DNA of 64,000 nucleotides, from contig OZ241917.1 of the NCBI GenBank assembly GCA_965203805.1, positions 2,720,001-2,784,000 of the forward strand. Reading direction: 5' to 3'. The position numbers and the translations under genes are program-made. Origin of the DNA: Candidatus Latescibacterota bacterium (GTDB taxonomy: Bacteria; Latescibacterota; UBA2968; GCA-2709665). The notes beneath the pieces were generated by a model. That model saw only the letters and a program-made list of their open reading frames with translations, made no database searches and was not told the DNA's origin. Positions 30,256-40,734 of the stretch are shown piece after piece (positions within the stretch are counted from its first letter, which is position 1; each line of letters begins with the position of its first letter).

Positions 30256-31997
30256 GACTGTTTCCCCTCCAGTCCCGTTCGCAACAGTCCGTAAAGGACG
30301 GAATTGGGATTCTCCGCCAGATCCGCGTACGCCCCGGTTTCCTGGATTCGTCCTTCGTCCAGAATCATGACTTCGTCCGCCCGATGCACGGTCGAAAGAC
30401 GGTGCGCGATGATAATCGCGGTCCGATTCCGGAGGAGTTCGTCCATTGCCCGGACAAGGCGGCTCTCGGTTACCGCGTCCAGGCGCGCAGTAGCTTCGTC
30501 CAGAATCAGCAAACCAGGCTCCCTCAGGAAAACCCGCGTAAATGCCAACAACTGCGCCTCACCCGCGGAGAGGCCACCGCCACCCGGCGGCATTCGCGTA
30601 TCGAGACCCTCAGGAAGCGACTCGTACCATACATTCAGTCCCAATGCCCGAAGCCCAGCCAGAACGCAATCATCCTGAATCGATCGATCGAACAAAGTCA
30701 GGTTGTCGCGAACCGATGACTGGAACAGCTGTACGTCCTGCGTGACCAATCCAACGCGCCGGCGAAGTTCGGACAGCCGCGGTTTGAGGATGTCTGTGCC
30801 GCCGATGAAAATCGATCCGCGACTGGCGTCGTACAGGCGAAACAGAAGTCGGGACAGCGTTGTCTTCCCGCACCCGGTACGTCCCAGCAGGCCAAGTACT
30901 TTGCCCGAATCCAGCTGAAACGTGAGATGATCCAGTACCGTTTTTCCGTGCTCGTAGGAAAAGCAGACGTTCCGGCACTCGACGGAAAGCGCGCCCGACG
31001 GGAGAATGGCTCCGGGGCCGTCCTGAATCCCTGTTCCGGTCGCCCTGAGTTCTTCGATGCGCTCAGCGCCAACCCTGATCCGCTGGAAGACTTCAACCTG
31101 CCTTTGAATCCGGTTCAGGGGCGTGTGCAGCATCTGAAGGTAATGGAGCACGAGATAGACGGTGCCGATGGTAATGGCGTTCGCCCCAAACAGAATTGCT
31201 CCATACGCCATCGCCACGGCGAAACCGGCCGCGAACACGATGTTCGATATGGACCATCCCGCATCCGTGATCACGTCGGCCTTGAACGCCGTTGTGAACG
31301 CCCGCCTCACAGCCTCGTGGAAGCGGCGCATCGTATAGGGGATTGCGCCGGCTGCCCGTATGTCCCGCAGACCCGCAAGACGTTCCTCCAGAAAACCGGA
31401 CAGCTCTGCGCCGGCTTGCCTTTCGGCATGCCAGAACGACACCGACATTTGTTGGGCGCGAATGTGAACCGTCAGATATACGGCTGCAAATGCGCCGAGC
31501 ATTGCGCCCAGTCGCCAGTCTTCCACCGTGAGCACGATCAACACGCCAAGCGTCACCAGGAGGCCGCCAATCAGTTCAATCACGAAATCCGAAAAAAAAG
31601 CGCCGAGTCGACTCACGTCGCCGTCAACGCGCTCAATCAGTTCGCCTGGTGTGCGCTTGTTGTGAAAAGACATATCCAGGCTCAGGATGTGACCCGTCAG
31701 ATCGGACCGCAGGCGGTTGGTCGCACGCCAGCTCACGTCGCTGCAAACGTAGCCTGCCAGGGCGGACACGGTCTGGTGAATCATCCCCACGCTAATGAAC
31801 AACAAGCCCGCGCGGATGAGCTGCTCCAGTGATCCTCCCTCCCGTGCTGTATCGATGAAGAAACGCATGATCAGAGGGTTGATGAGCTGCAGACCGATCC
31901 CGCCTGACAACAGTAGCGCCATCACCAGAACCCTCGGCCACTGCGGCTTGAGATAGCGAACGAGCAACTTCAAATACTGGCTCACCGGTTCTTTCAT
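30252..31997 (-). CDS. ABC exporter, fused TMD-NBD (heterodimer subunit)
   Basis: [15 protein letters not shown] and DEATARLD motifs. Probable start is MKEPVSQ at 31997. Confidence 0.92.
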   Translation of the reverse strand: MKEPVSQYLKLLVRYLKPQWPRVLVMALLLSGGIGLQLINPLIMRFFIDTAREGGSLEQLIRAGLLFISVGMIHQTVSALAGYVCSDVSWRATNRLRSDLTGHILSLDMSFHNKRTPGELIERVDGDVSRLGAFFSDFVIELIGGLLVTLGVLIVLTVEDWRLGAMLGAFAAVYLTVHIRAQQMSVSFWHAERQAGAELSGFLEERLAGLRDIRAAGAIPYTMRRFHEAVRRAFTTAFKADVITDAGWSISNIVFAAGFAVAMAYGAILFGANAITIGTVYLVLHYLQMLHTPLNRIQRQVEVFQRIRVGAERIEELRATGTGIQDGPGAILPSGALSVECRNVCFSYEHGKTVLDHLTFQLDSGKVLGLLGRTGCGKTTLSRLLFRLYDASRGSIFIGGTDILKPRLSELRRRVGLVTQDVQLFQSSVRDNLTLFDRSIQDDCVLAGLRALGLNVWYESLPEGLDTRMPPGGGGLSAGEAQLLAFTRVFLREPGLLILDEATARLDAVTESRLVRAMDELLRNRTAIIIAHRLSTVHRADEVMILDEGRIQETGAYADLAENPNSVLYGLLRTGLEGKQS

Positions 31998-32123
31998 AGC
32001 GAATCTCTGTCGATTCTTGTAAAATCCGACAGTTACGGGATCGTGCGTCCATCTGACATCTCCGTCGCACTTACACCCTGAAGGATGCACTTCGGCAAGC
32101 CCCTTCAAGACCCACAACAACAC

Positions 32124-32149
32124 AGGGCGACCACAAGGGTCGCCCCTGC
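32124..32149. repeat. REP-like palindrome, copy 2
   Basis: Same AGGGCGACCACAAGGGTCGCCC sequence as at 26161. Confidence 0.7.
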
Positions 32150-32213
32150 ATCCGAACAGGCAACAGCGCGACGGTTTCATCTTGCAAGGCAGTTCACCCG
32201 CCCCGCTGCAACG

Positions 32214-33350
32214 TCATCTCTCGCCAACGGGCTTCCAGCGTCGGTCCGTCGCGCCGACGTATTCCGCCCGCGGCCGGATGATCCGGTCCTGCGCCCGCTG
32301 CTCGAGTCCGTGCGCCGTCCACCCGCCCACGCGACCCACCGCAAACGTGGGCGTGAACAGCGCGGACGGCAGGCCCAGACCGTGCAGGAGCAGCGCCGTG
32401 TAAAACTCCACGTTCGTCTCCAGATTCCGCCCGGGTTTGTATTCGGCCAGCAAGCGCACCGCGGTACGCTCCACCTCGAGGGCGAGATCGTACATCTTCC
32501 GGTCGCCTTCTTCGCTGAAGAACCGCGCCGCCTCCGCTGCGAGCACGTCCGCACGCGGGTCCCGCACCCGGTAGACCGCGTGGCCGAACCCCATCAGCCG
32601 CTCCCCGCGATCCAGTTTCGCCCGAAGGTACGGCTCGACGTTCTCGATGCTTCCGATCTCGAACACCATATCCAGCGCCGGGCCAGGAGCACCGCCGTGC
32701 AACGGCCCCTTCAACGCGCCAAGGGCGCCCGTCACCGCGGAGATCATATCCGATTGCGTGGAGATGATTACCCGCGCCGTAAAGGTGGACGCATTCATCC
32801 CGTGGTCCATCACGGTATTCAGGTACGTTTCCATTGCGCGGTTTCGCGCCGGGCTGGATTCCTCCCCGGTCAGCATATAGAGATAGTTCGCCGAATGCCC
32901 CAGGTCTCGTCGCGGCGCTAACGGCTCCTCGCCGTTCAACGACCTCCAATACGAGGCAACCAGCGTGGGAAACCGGGCGACCGCCGTCAATGCGCCGGCG
33001 CATTCGTCAGCAGTGTCGATGGACCCGAGGCTCAACGTGGCCGCGCCCATTCTGAGCGCGTCGATTACCGGCGCGCGCTCCGCTGCAGCCGCCCGGAGTG
33101 CCGCGTGGGTCGCCTCGGGAATCCCTCGCCGCATTGCCAGCGCCTCCGTGACGTCGTTCAACTCTCCGGCATCCGGAAGCCGATCGTACCAAAGCAGGTA
33201 GAGCATCTCTTCGAACGACGCGTTGCAAGCCAGCGACTCCAGCGGATAACCTGCAACGGTCAATTTCCCCTTGTCGCCGTCGATGCTGCTCAGCCGCGTC
33301 CGCGCCGCGATCACGCCCTTAAGGCCGGGAACGAAATCATTCAGTGTCAT
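32214..33350 (-). CDS. Citrate synthase / methylcitrate synthase
   Basis: GLKGV, DHGMNASTF, GPLHGGA, MGFGHAVY, DPRA and NVEFY motifs. Confidence 0.93.
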   Translation of the reverse strand: MTLNDFVPGLKGVIAARTRLSSIDGDKGKLTVAGYPLESLACNASFEEMLYLLWYDRLPDAGELNDVTEALAMRRGIPEATHAALRAAAAERAPVIDALRMGAATLSLGSIDTADECAGALTAVARFPTLVASYWRSLNGEEPLAPRRDLGHSANYLYMLTGEESSPARNRAMETYLNTVMDHGMNASTFTARVIISTQSDMISAVTGALGALKGPLHGGAPGPALDMVFEIGSIENVEPYLRAKLDRGERLMGFGHAVYRVRDPRADVLAAEAARFFSEEGDRKMYDLALEVERTAVRLLAEYKPGRNLETNVEFYTALLLHGLGLPSALFTPTFAVGRVGGWTAHGLEQRAQDRIIRPRAEYVGATDRRWKPVGER

Positions 33351-33434
33351 ATGAACCTCCTGTACTGGGCGCGCATCCGCACGCGTTGTACAAACACCGG
33401 AACGAACTGTCCGAACATTTCGCTTTTGTCCTGA

Positions 33435-33493
33435 AATCTATGCAATTGCTATATATTGTCAATCTTGATTATACAATCAATATATACTATATT
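33435..33493. promoter_or_regulatory. Back-to-back promoters with an inverted-repeat operator
   Basis: Palindrome TTGATT-ATAC-AATCAA (33465-33480). Plus-strand promoter TTGATT-17-TATATT; minus-strand promoter TTGACA-16-TAGATT. Confidence 0.6.
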
Positions 33494-33522
33494 GTAGCGT
33501 GACCACAGAAAGGGGTCCGGCC

Positions 33523-34764
33523 ATGAAGAACGCCCGATATCTCACCGCCAGGGAGGCGGCAGGTGAATTGAACATCTCCGTGGACAGCCTCTACGCCTAT
33601 GTGAGCCGCGGACTGATCCGCTCCGAAGCGACCGGACACAATCGTCGATCCCGCCGGTACTACGCCGAGGACGTGCGCAAACTCAGAACGAGAAAAAGAG
33701 GCCGCCGGGACCCGGAGACCGTCGCGGAAGACGCCTTGCACGCCGGTGCGCCTGTCCTCGAATCGGCCATAACCCTCATCACCGACGACTGTGTCTACTA
33801 CCGGGGCCGCAACGCGCTGGTGCTCGCCCGGCAGCGCAGCATCGAACAGGTAGCGGCGCTCATCTGGACGGGCAATCCTGAGACGAAAATCCCCGCGATA
33901 GTCTCTCCCGATGCCAGTCCAATCTCGGCGAGCATTCATGCCACTGTGCGGCAACTTCCGGATATAAGACCCTTGGAAGCCTTTCAGATTCTGCTCCCGC
34001 TGGCCGCGCGGGAGGACCTCTCGGCCTACGACCTGCGGACGGAGTCCGCCGTCCGGACAGGCAGCCGAATCCTCTGCCTGCTCTCCACTCTCGCGGCCGG
34101 CAAAGAGGCCACGGGCACCGGCATCGCGAGTATGCTCGGGGACGCCTGGGCCCCGGACAACGACCACGCCGAGTTTCTCATCAATGCCGCGCTCATTCTC
34201 TGCGCAGACCACGAACTCAACGCTTCGGCCTTCACGGCGCGCTGCGCGGCCTCCACATGCGCGACCCTCTACGCCGTCGTCACGGCCGCGCTTAGCGCCT
34301 TCCAGGGCCACAGACACGGCGGCGCCAGCGAACAGGTCGAGGCCCTCTTCCTGGAAATGGAGAGCCGACGGGACTTGCGGCAGGCCATGCGCGACCGCCT
34401 CAAACGAGGCGAAACCCTGCCGGGATTCGGTCACGTCATCTACCGGGAAGTCGACCCGCGGGGAAAGCTCCTGCTCCGCATGCTCCAGGAAACCCACGGG
34501 GAGCATCCTGACGTGCGCCTCGCAGCCGCGATCATCCAGGCGGCCGCGGACGTCACCAGCCTCCCGTACAACGTCGACCTTGCGCTGGCAACGCTCGCCC
34601 GCGTTCTCAGCCTGCCGCCAGGGGGCGCGATGACGCTGTTCGCGATGGGCAGAACCGTGGGCTGGATCGGCCACGCCATAGAACAGTACCGGATCGGACG
34701 GGTCATCCGCCCCCGCGCGCGGTACGTGGGCGAACTCCCGGAGGAAACGACGTCAATCGGATAG
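33523..34764 (+). CDS. HTH-citrate-synthase fusion, probable transcriptional regulator
   Basis: N-terminal MerR/excisionase-like HTH (LTAREAAGELNISVDSLYAYVSRGLI) fused to a CS-like domain (DHELNAS, HGGA, GFGH, NVD). Confidence 0.88.
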   Translation: MKNARYLTAREAAGELNISVDSLYAYVSRGLIRSEATGHNRRSRRYYAEDVRKLRTRKRGRRDPETVAEDALHAGAPVLESAITLITDDCVYYRGRNALVLARQRSIEQVAALIWTGNPETKIPAIVSPDASPISASIHATVRQLPDIRPLEAFQILLPLAAREDLSAYDLRTESAVRTGSRILCLLSTLAAGKEATGTGIASMLGDAWAPDNDHAEFLINAALILCADHELNASAFTARCAASTCATLYAVVTAALSAFQGHRHGGASEQVEALFLEMESRRDLRQAMRDRLKRGETLPGFGHVIYREVDPRGKLLLRMLQETHGEHPDVRLAAAIIQAAADVTSLPYNVDLALATLARVLSLPPGGAMTLFAMGRTVGWIGHAIEQYRIGRVIRPRARYVGELPEETTSIG

Positions 34765-34842
34765 GGCATGAAAAACGGGGATTCCGTTCCCGATCCATTG
34801 GAAGGAATCCCCATGCTATTCGTGCCTTCAATCGGCTCTTTG

Positions 34843-36000
34843 CTATAGCCGAGGGCGGCTGCCCGTCCCGTACCCCACGAGTTCCACGTATCCCCGCCCC
34901 ATTGGGATGCCATTCAGGCCGATGATCTCCACCGCGCCTTCCCAGTAGAACATGGACTTCATCAGGTCACTGCGATTCTCCTGGTCCGCCATCACGGGCC
35001 GGAGGAACATTCGCAATCCCTCGCCCGGGATCGCGACCTCCCATCGCGCGGGGTAGACCGCGTCGGTCTCCGGGCTCTCCCACGTCTCCGTCGCGCGAAT
35101 GGAAAACGCCTCCGGCACCAGGTAGCGGGCGTACCCGCCCGCCAATACCATCGTCCCCCGCGAAAAATCCACGGCGCCAGTCGTATCGCGAAGCATGTAC
35201 AGCATTGCCTCACGTCCATCGTCAAGCTGCAGGCTGAACCAGTCCCACCCCGCCTGGTGGGGTTCGAGTTGTTGCGACCCGAATTCCTTGTCCATCCAGC
35301 TCCGGCCGGTTACCGCCAATCGCTCATCGGCCAGCCTGATCTCGCCGGTCGTCGCCAGGCGCGTAAAGCTGTAATACTGGCTGGCGGACGACGGTCCCTG
35401 CCCCTTCCTGCTGTACCCGGCCGGTCCCTGAAACACCAGCGGCTTCGCGGGTCGGGTCGACAGCGAAAACGCGATTCCCTGCCGGCTGTCCGTCATCGAA
35501 AGATCGAAACCGAACCCGTTCCAACGCAGGGTCCACGTCCCGTCCGTACCCGCTGGCGCCCGGCTCCAGGCGATGAGCGTATCGGGATACGCGCCGAACC
35601 CGCCCAGCAGCGGCGTGACCCGGTAGATGACCTCGCTGAACCAATGCCGTCCCGTAGCCGGATCGCCGATGGCCGCGTGGCCCATGATCAGATCGCCGGT
35701 CGCCCATTCCGACGCCAGCGAAGGCGTACGGGGCAACATCCCGACCCTGAAGAAGGTGAACTGGTACCCGAAACGCCGGCCGTCCGCGGACGCCAGATGC
35801 CCCGTAAAGTACCACCATTCGGTCTTGTATCCAGCCCTGGCCCAGTGATCGCGCGGGAAGGACCACGCGTAATCGGGGCGCGCCGCCTTCCAGTCCCCGG
35901 CATGGACCGAAGTTGCGGCGGCCAGCAGGCAAAAAGCAAGCGCGACCCTAATTCTGTTAACCGACGAGGAGGCGCGCTTCAGTATCATGATCGATTTCAC
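34843..36000 (-). CDS. Lipocalin-like AttH/CrtC family secreted protein
   Basis: FPRDH, EWWYFTG, WMDKEF, GWDWFSLQL, YWEG and GYVEL motifs; signal peptide. Start is uncertain (36000 or 35988). Confidence 0.88.
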   Translation of the reverse strand: MKSIMILKRASSSVNRIRVALAFCLLAAATSVHAGDWKAARPDYAWSFPRDHWARAGYKTEWWYFTGHLASADGRRFGYQFTFFRVGMLPRTPSLASEWATGDLIMGHAAIGDPATGRHWFSEVIYRVTPLLGGFGAYPDTLIAWSRAPAGTDGTWTLRWNGFGFDLSMTDSRQGIAFSLSTRPAKPLVFQGPAGYSRKGQGPSSASQYYSFTRLATTGEIRLADERLAVTGRSWMDKEFGSQQLEPHQAGWDWFSLQLDDGREAMLYMLRDTTGAVDFSRGTMVLAGGYARYLVPEAFSIRATETWESPETDAVYPARWEVAIPGEGLRMFLRPVMADQENRSDLMKSMFYWEGAVEIIGLNGIPMGRGYVELVGYGTGSRPRL

Positions 36001-36015
36001 GGTTCTTCGACTCGC

Positions 36016-36735
36016 CTAACGAAATACGGAGCTGAAGCGTCTCTTGACGCGGGGCTTTGCTTTCGTTTCCGGTTCAGTTGGAGGTTCCCCTTCTGGTTCC
36101 GGCGGAAGATCCTCCTCCGAGGGTTCTTTGAGATTTGTCCGGACGACGACGGTACCGGCAACGAAGTCGTGAATAGCCCGGCGTCTTCTGTTCGTGAGCA
36201 TGGTAATTAACTCGGCCACATACCATGCAATGACGACCCCAAAAGCCCACGCGCCGGCCGTAGAGAACTCGCCGGACGGCCACGTTTCGTTCCTCATCCT
36301 CAGAGTTACAAGCTCGTACGTGTCATTGGCCACAAACGGGATCGTGAAGAGAATCGGGATGCAATCCCGAAGGAAGGCATGCCTGAACGATATGGCGCTG
36401 TAGGTTTTGGCGTCGACGATCCGAACTCGCGTGACCATCTTGCCGAGTGTCTGCCCAAACCTGCCATGCATGAATATCGAGTAAGCCCAGTGAGTTGAAT
36501 TGTACGTCAGAATAGCCGTGACGCACACCCAGATCGGGGCATCGAATCGAAGGACGTAGTAATGGATCGTGCTCAACGGCCAAAACACCATGCCGTCAAC
36601 AAAAACCGCCAGGAACCTTGGCCAGAACGTCAGATACCGTTTTTCGGGCGAAACGGTTCTGTTTTCGTATCGCCACAACGCGATTAACGATGGCACGAGG
36701 AAGACAACCAATAACGTCGAATCCGTTTCTGTCAT
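36016..36735 (-). CDS. RDD family membrane protein
   Basis: FWPRFLAVFVD, GQTLGK and RRAIHDFVAGTVV motifs. Confidence 0.88.
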   Translation of the reverse strand: MTETDSTLLVVFLVPSLIALWRYENRTVSPEKRYLTFWPRFLAVFVDGMVFWPLSTIHYYVLRFDAPIWVCVTAILTYNSTHWAYSIFMHGRFGQTLGKMVTRVRIVDAKTYSAISFRHAFLRDCIPILFTIPFVANDTYELVTLRMRNETWPSGEFSTAGAWAFGVVIAWYVAELITMLTNRRRRAIHDFVAGTVVVRTNLKEPSEEDLPPEPEGEPPTEPETKAKPRVKRRFSSVFR

Positions 36736-38189
36736 ACGGACTCACTTTTTCCAACCCCCAGGAAGCCTGCCCGCCCGCGGCGGAAGAGTTCCCGCACGTC
36801 TTCGCGCTGACGGTCGGTGTTGTAACGTCCCCAGGTGTCGATCCATTTCAGCGAGTCGTCGATGCCGTTAATAAAATACCGGGCGGAATCCACGCGTTCG
36901 GCGGAGGGACGGCCGCACGAAAAATAGACCGGACTGCTGTGGGCGTAGATGGACTGGTCGAAACTGTCGCGCCCGTCCCCCCAGAGCCGCGCGGCGATCC
37001 AGCCGTCGCGATCGACCTCCACGCGGTGGCGGACGGCGCCTTTGCGTCTGCCTTCCGCCTCGCTATCGCTGTGAATCACGCGGCCGTTCATCACAATCTC
37101 CACGCGATGAACGGGATAGAAGGACGTATAATTCGCCTCGACGTCGAGCGAACCGCCGTTGGGCAACTGAACGGTTGATCCCATCGGCTGATCGTTGACG
37201 CGCAGATCGATGGCGGGGCCATTGGTGATGAACGTATTGCCCGCCTTCATGCCGGCGATCCAGTTCTCGTAAGAGAACGTATCGCTGGTGTTGACGTACA
37301 CGCGGTTGTTGGAGCAGACGAACCAGTCCGTGCCGGTGGAAGCGGGCAGGGCGATTCCGCAGTTTAGCAGCTTGTACCAGAGATCGTATTCGGGGTCCAT
37401 CCAGAAGGGATCGAAGAGGTTAAAGGCGTCCAGCTTCCCCAGCACCGCGGCAACCGGGGCTTCCATCCCGCGGCCGTTGTGGCACCAGATGACAATGCCG
37501 CCCTGGTCGCGGGCCTCGTCGCAACAGAAGCACAGGGGAGGGTAGTCCGGGTCGAACTGCGCGGTGAGGATATGGCCGCGGCTGACGGGCTGGACGAGGT
37601 TCCGGATGTTGAGAAACATCACGTGTCCGTATCCGAAACCCCATGGCGAGTTTTCGCCGTAGTGGCGGTTCTCTTCGCCGATGTCCAGGACGTGATGGGC
37701 GGTGGTGAAGTCGTTCATCACGCCGATGGGATATTTGTTGCTGGCGTACGGAAGTTGCCTTCTGTCCAGAACGCTGACGGCGGTCACATTATAGCCTTCG
37801 ACGCCGCAGTCGATGGCCAGCCTGTCGTCGGGGCGCGTTTCCTTTTCGTCGTAGTGGATGTGGGTGTTACCGGGATACCAGTTGTGTTCCTGCGGGAAAT
37901 ACCACCGGTTCAGGACGATCTCGACGTCCTTCGCCCCGTGTTCGGGCATGTCGACAATCGTGCGCAGGGGCTCGTATTCGGTTCCGCGCTCCACCAGTAC
38001 GTCGGTACGGCCCCGACCCGTCCGGACCTCGAAGGAACCCTCGCTAAAGAAAAACGGCGTGCCGGGGCCCCGCTTGAGCACGGCTTCGCGTGGATGCGTA
38101 AAACGGCCGTCGGAAGTCAGCACGTGGACCTTGGCGTCGATTGGCTCGCCGGTCGCGCCGTCGACAATGTGCCCTCGCAGGATGCCCAT
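36732..38189 (-). CDS. CehA/McbA family (PHP-like) metallohydrolase
   Basis: ERGTEY, GNTHIH, WYKLLNCG, GTD, FITNGP and AHSSPVY motifs. Confidence 0.82.
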   Translation of the reverse strand: MGILRGHIVDGATGEPIDAKVHVLTSDGRFTHPREAVLKRGPGTPFFFSEGSFEVRTGRGRTDVLVERGTEYEPLRTIVDMPEHGAKDVEIVLNRWYFPQEHNWYPGNTHIHYDEKETRPDDRLAIDCGVEGYNVTAVSVLDRRQLPYASNKYPIGVMNDFTTAHHVLDIGEENRHYGENSPWGFGYGHVMFLNIRNLVQPVSRGHILTAQFDPDYPPLCFCCDEARDQGGIVIWCHNGRGMEAPVAAVLGKLDAFNLFDPFWMDPEYDLWYKLLNCGIALPASTGTDWFVCSNNRVYVNTSDTFSYENWIAGMKAGNTFITNGPAIDLRVNDQPMGSTVQLPNGGSLDVEANYTSFYPVHRVEIVMNGRVIHSDSEAEGRRKGAVRHRVEVDRDGWIAARLWGDGRDSFDQSIYAHSSPVYFSCGRPSAERVDSARYFINGIDDSLKWIDTWGRYNTDRQREDVRELFRRGRAGFLGVGKSESV

Positions 38190-38219
38190 CGTAGACTCCA
38201 AGGTTGAACTTACGCCCGC

Positions 38220-39380
38220 CTACCCGCCGAAAGCTTTCGCAAAGATCAGAAAATCGCCGAATCCTATGTCGCCGTCCCCGTCAAGATCATATCCCGCGTC
38301 ATAGCCCGCATCGCCTCGATTCAGCCCGTAGTTCGCGGCAAACTGCACGAAGTCGGCAAAGTCGACGGCGCCGTTGCCATCGAAGTCCGCAATGGCGGTT
38401 GGAGGGGCGATGCGCGGCGCCAGATTCCACAGCACAATCGTGCTGTCCTCGCTTCCACTGGCGAGAATCCTCCCGTCGGGAGAAATCGCCACGCTGATGA
38501 CAGGACCTGTATGCCCTCGCAGCGTGGCTTTCTCCTGACCACTGGCCACGTCCCACAATCGAACCGTACGGTCTTCACTCCCACTCGCGAGTGTATTCCC
38601 GTCCGGTGAAAATGACACAGAAACGACGTCCCCCGTATGCCCGATTAACTGGGTTCTTCGTTGACCACTGGCCACGTCCCACAGGCGAATCGTAGCGTCC
38701 TCGGTTCCACCGGCGAGAATCGTTCCGTCCGGAGAGAACGCCACGGACGAAATCCCGCGTTGATGACGCCAGAACGTGGCTTTCTGCTGACCCTTCTCCA
38801 CGTCCCATAGTCGAATCACACCGTCACGTCCTCCACTGGCGAGCGTCTTCCCGTCAGGCGAGAACGTCACGTAATAGAGATTCATACCCTGCCCGCGGAG
38901 CATGGCTTTCTCCTGACCGCCGGCCACGTCCCACAATAGAATATCCACAAGACAGACTGCGAGCGTACTTCCATCCGGAGAGTACGACAAGGAGACCGGA
39001 ACACTTATATACCCCTGTACCGACGTCTTTTCCTTACGGCTGGCCACATCCCACAACCGCACGACTCCGCTGGCGCTGGCCAGGGTTCTCCCATCCGGCG
39101 AGAACGAAACGGCATAGACATACCATGTATTCCCCGTAAGCCTGGCCTGCTCCCGCCCAACGGCCACGTCCCACAATCGAATCGTGCGGTCCCAACTGCC
39201 ACTGGCGAGCGTACTTCCGTCCGGTGAGAACGACAAGGACCAAACCCGGCCGGTATGCCCTCGAAGTGTGGCGCCGCGTTCGGGAAGACTGATGGGGTTA
39301 TTGTCTTGAGCGAGGCTGGTCTGCGCCAGCAGGACACACACAAACAGGACGGCAAATTCGAATCCATAGCTCTTTTTCAT
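38220..39380 (-). CDS. Secreted WD40-repeat protein with a C-terminal EF-hand/dockerin-like pair
   Basis: Signal peptide; seven GH...FSPDG..LAS....LWD repeats; DFDGNGAVDFADF and DLDGDGDIGFGDF. Confidence 0.93.
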   Translation of the reverse strand: MKKSYGFEFAVLFVCVLLAQTSLAQDNNPISLPERGATLRGHTGRVWSLSFSPDGSTLASGSWDRTIRLWDVAVGREQARLTGNTWYVYAVSFSPDGRTLASASGVVRLWDVASRKEKTSVQGYISVPVSLSYSPDGSTLAVCLVDILLWDVAGGQEKAMLRGQGMNLYYVTFSPDGKTLASGGRDGVIRLWDVEKGQQKATFWRHQRGISSVAFSPDGTILAGGTEDATIRLWDVASGQRRTQLIGHTGDVVSVSFSPDGNTLASGSEDRTVRLWDVASGQEKATLRGHTGPVISVAISPDGRILASGSEDSTIVLWNLAPRIAPPTAIADFDGNGAVDFADFVQFAANYGLNRGDAGYDAGYDLDGDGDIGFGDFLIFAKAFGG

Positions 39381-39449
39381 AGGCCGACCCTATTTTTTCA
39401 AATGTGGACCTCTCCCCCAGCCCCGCCTTCATATCGCCTGTGCGAACGC

Positions 39450-40616
39450 CTACTTGCCGAACGCTCTGGCAAAGAGGAGAAAGTCGGCGAATTCAATAGC
39501 GCCGTTGCCGTCTATATCATAACCCGTATAGTATCCGACGTCGCCGAAACTCAACCCGAAATGCGCAGCAAGCTGTAAGAAGTCGGCAAAGTCAACGGCG
39601 CCATTGCCGTCGAAATCCGGATCGGCGGGCTGCGGGGTGATATGCGGGGACATATTCCACAGGACAATCGTGCCGTCCTTACTCGCACTCGCGAGAATCC
39701 TCCCGTCCGGTGAGAACGACACGGTCCCAACCCAATCCGTGTGTCCCCGGAGGGTGACCATCTCTTCTCCGCTGGCCGGATCCCACAAGCGGACCGTATG
39801 GTCTTCGCCTCCGCTGGCGAGAGTACTCCCGTCCGGTGAGAACGACAGGGCCGAAACCCAGCCCGTATGCCCCCGTAAATGCACCTTCTTCCGTCCGGTG
39901 GCCACGTCCCGCAATCGAACCGTATCGTAGTTGCCGGTACTGGCGAGAATCCTCCCGTCCGGCGAGAACAACACGGTCCCAACCGAGCTCGCATAATCCC
40001 AATATGTGGCTCTCTGCCGACCCGTTTCTGCGTCCCACAATCGAACCGTAGCGTCATTGCCTCCGCTTGCCAGAGTACTCCCGTCCGGAGACCACGCCAC
40101 GGAATAAGCACTGGGCGGCCCTCGCAGCCTGGCCGTCTCCCGACGGCTGGCCACGTCCCACAAATGAACATCTGCAAGACAGGCGGCGAGCGTACTTCCG
40201 TCCGGCGAAAACGTCAATTCAGAAAAGGCCCTCGCATGCCCCTCCAGCGGCTCCTTCTGCCGACCGCTGGCCACGTCCCACAATCGAACGTCTTCGTTGC
40301 TGCTGGCCAGGGTTTTCCCGTCGGGCGAGAACGCCACGGAATTGACAAGCCCCGCGTGCCCCGTCAGTCTGCCCTTCTCCCGAAGTGCGACCACGTCCCA
40401 CAATCGGATCGTCGTGTCATTGCCCCCACTGGCAAGCGTTCGCCCGTCCGGCGAAAACGACACGGACGAAACCCCTGAGGTGTGCCCCCGCAGCACAGCT
40501 TTCTCCCGCCCGTTGGCCGGCGATCCCCCCTCCTGCGAAAACGATAAGGAACCCGCATGCGCCGACAGGGCGCAGACTAACAAAAAGCAGAAAACAAACC
40601 TGTAACGCTTACTCAT
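39450..40616 (-). CDS. Secreted WD40-repeat protein with a C-terminal EF-hand/dockerin-like pair (tandem paralog)
   Basis: Same architecture as 38220-39380. Confidence 0.93.
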   Translation of the reverse strand: MSKRYRFVFCFLLVCALSAHAGSLSFSQEGGSPANGREKAVLRGHTSGVSSVSFSPDGRTLASGGNDTTIRLWDVVALREKGRLTGHAGLVNSVAFSPDGKTLASSNEDVRLWDVASGRQKEPLEGHARAFSELTFSPDGSTLAACLADVHLWDVASRRETARLRGPPSAYSVAWSPDGSTLASGGNDATVRLWDAETGRQRATYWDYASSVGTVLFSPDGRILASTGNYDTVRLRDVATGRKKVHLRGHTGWVSALSFSPDGSTLASGGEDHTVRLWDPASGEEMVTLRGHTDWVGTVSFSPDGRILASASKDGTIVLWNMSPHITPQPADPDFDGNGAVDFADFLQLAAHFGLSFGDVGYYTGYDIDGNGAIEFADFLLFARAFGK

Positions 40617-40734
40617 CGGTTAACTCCTTTACGATTTCAGATGACGGGATATTCACGAGCACTTCACGCCTTCCTGGCGTCAACCCGCCTATGAATACGA
40701 CAATCCGGACAGCCAGCAGATCGTGACGCACCGA

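Noticed and set aside
38400-40500. Recurring DNA repeats (GGCCACGTCCCACAATCG) resembling an array
   Set aside because: They are the coding WD40 repeats (RLWDVA), not CRISPR or another non-coding array.
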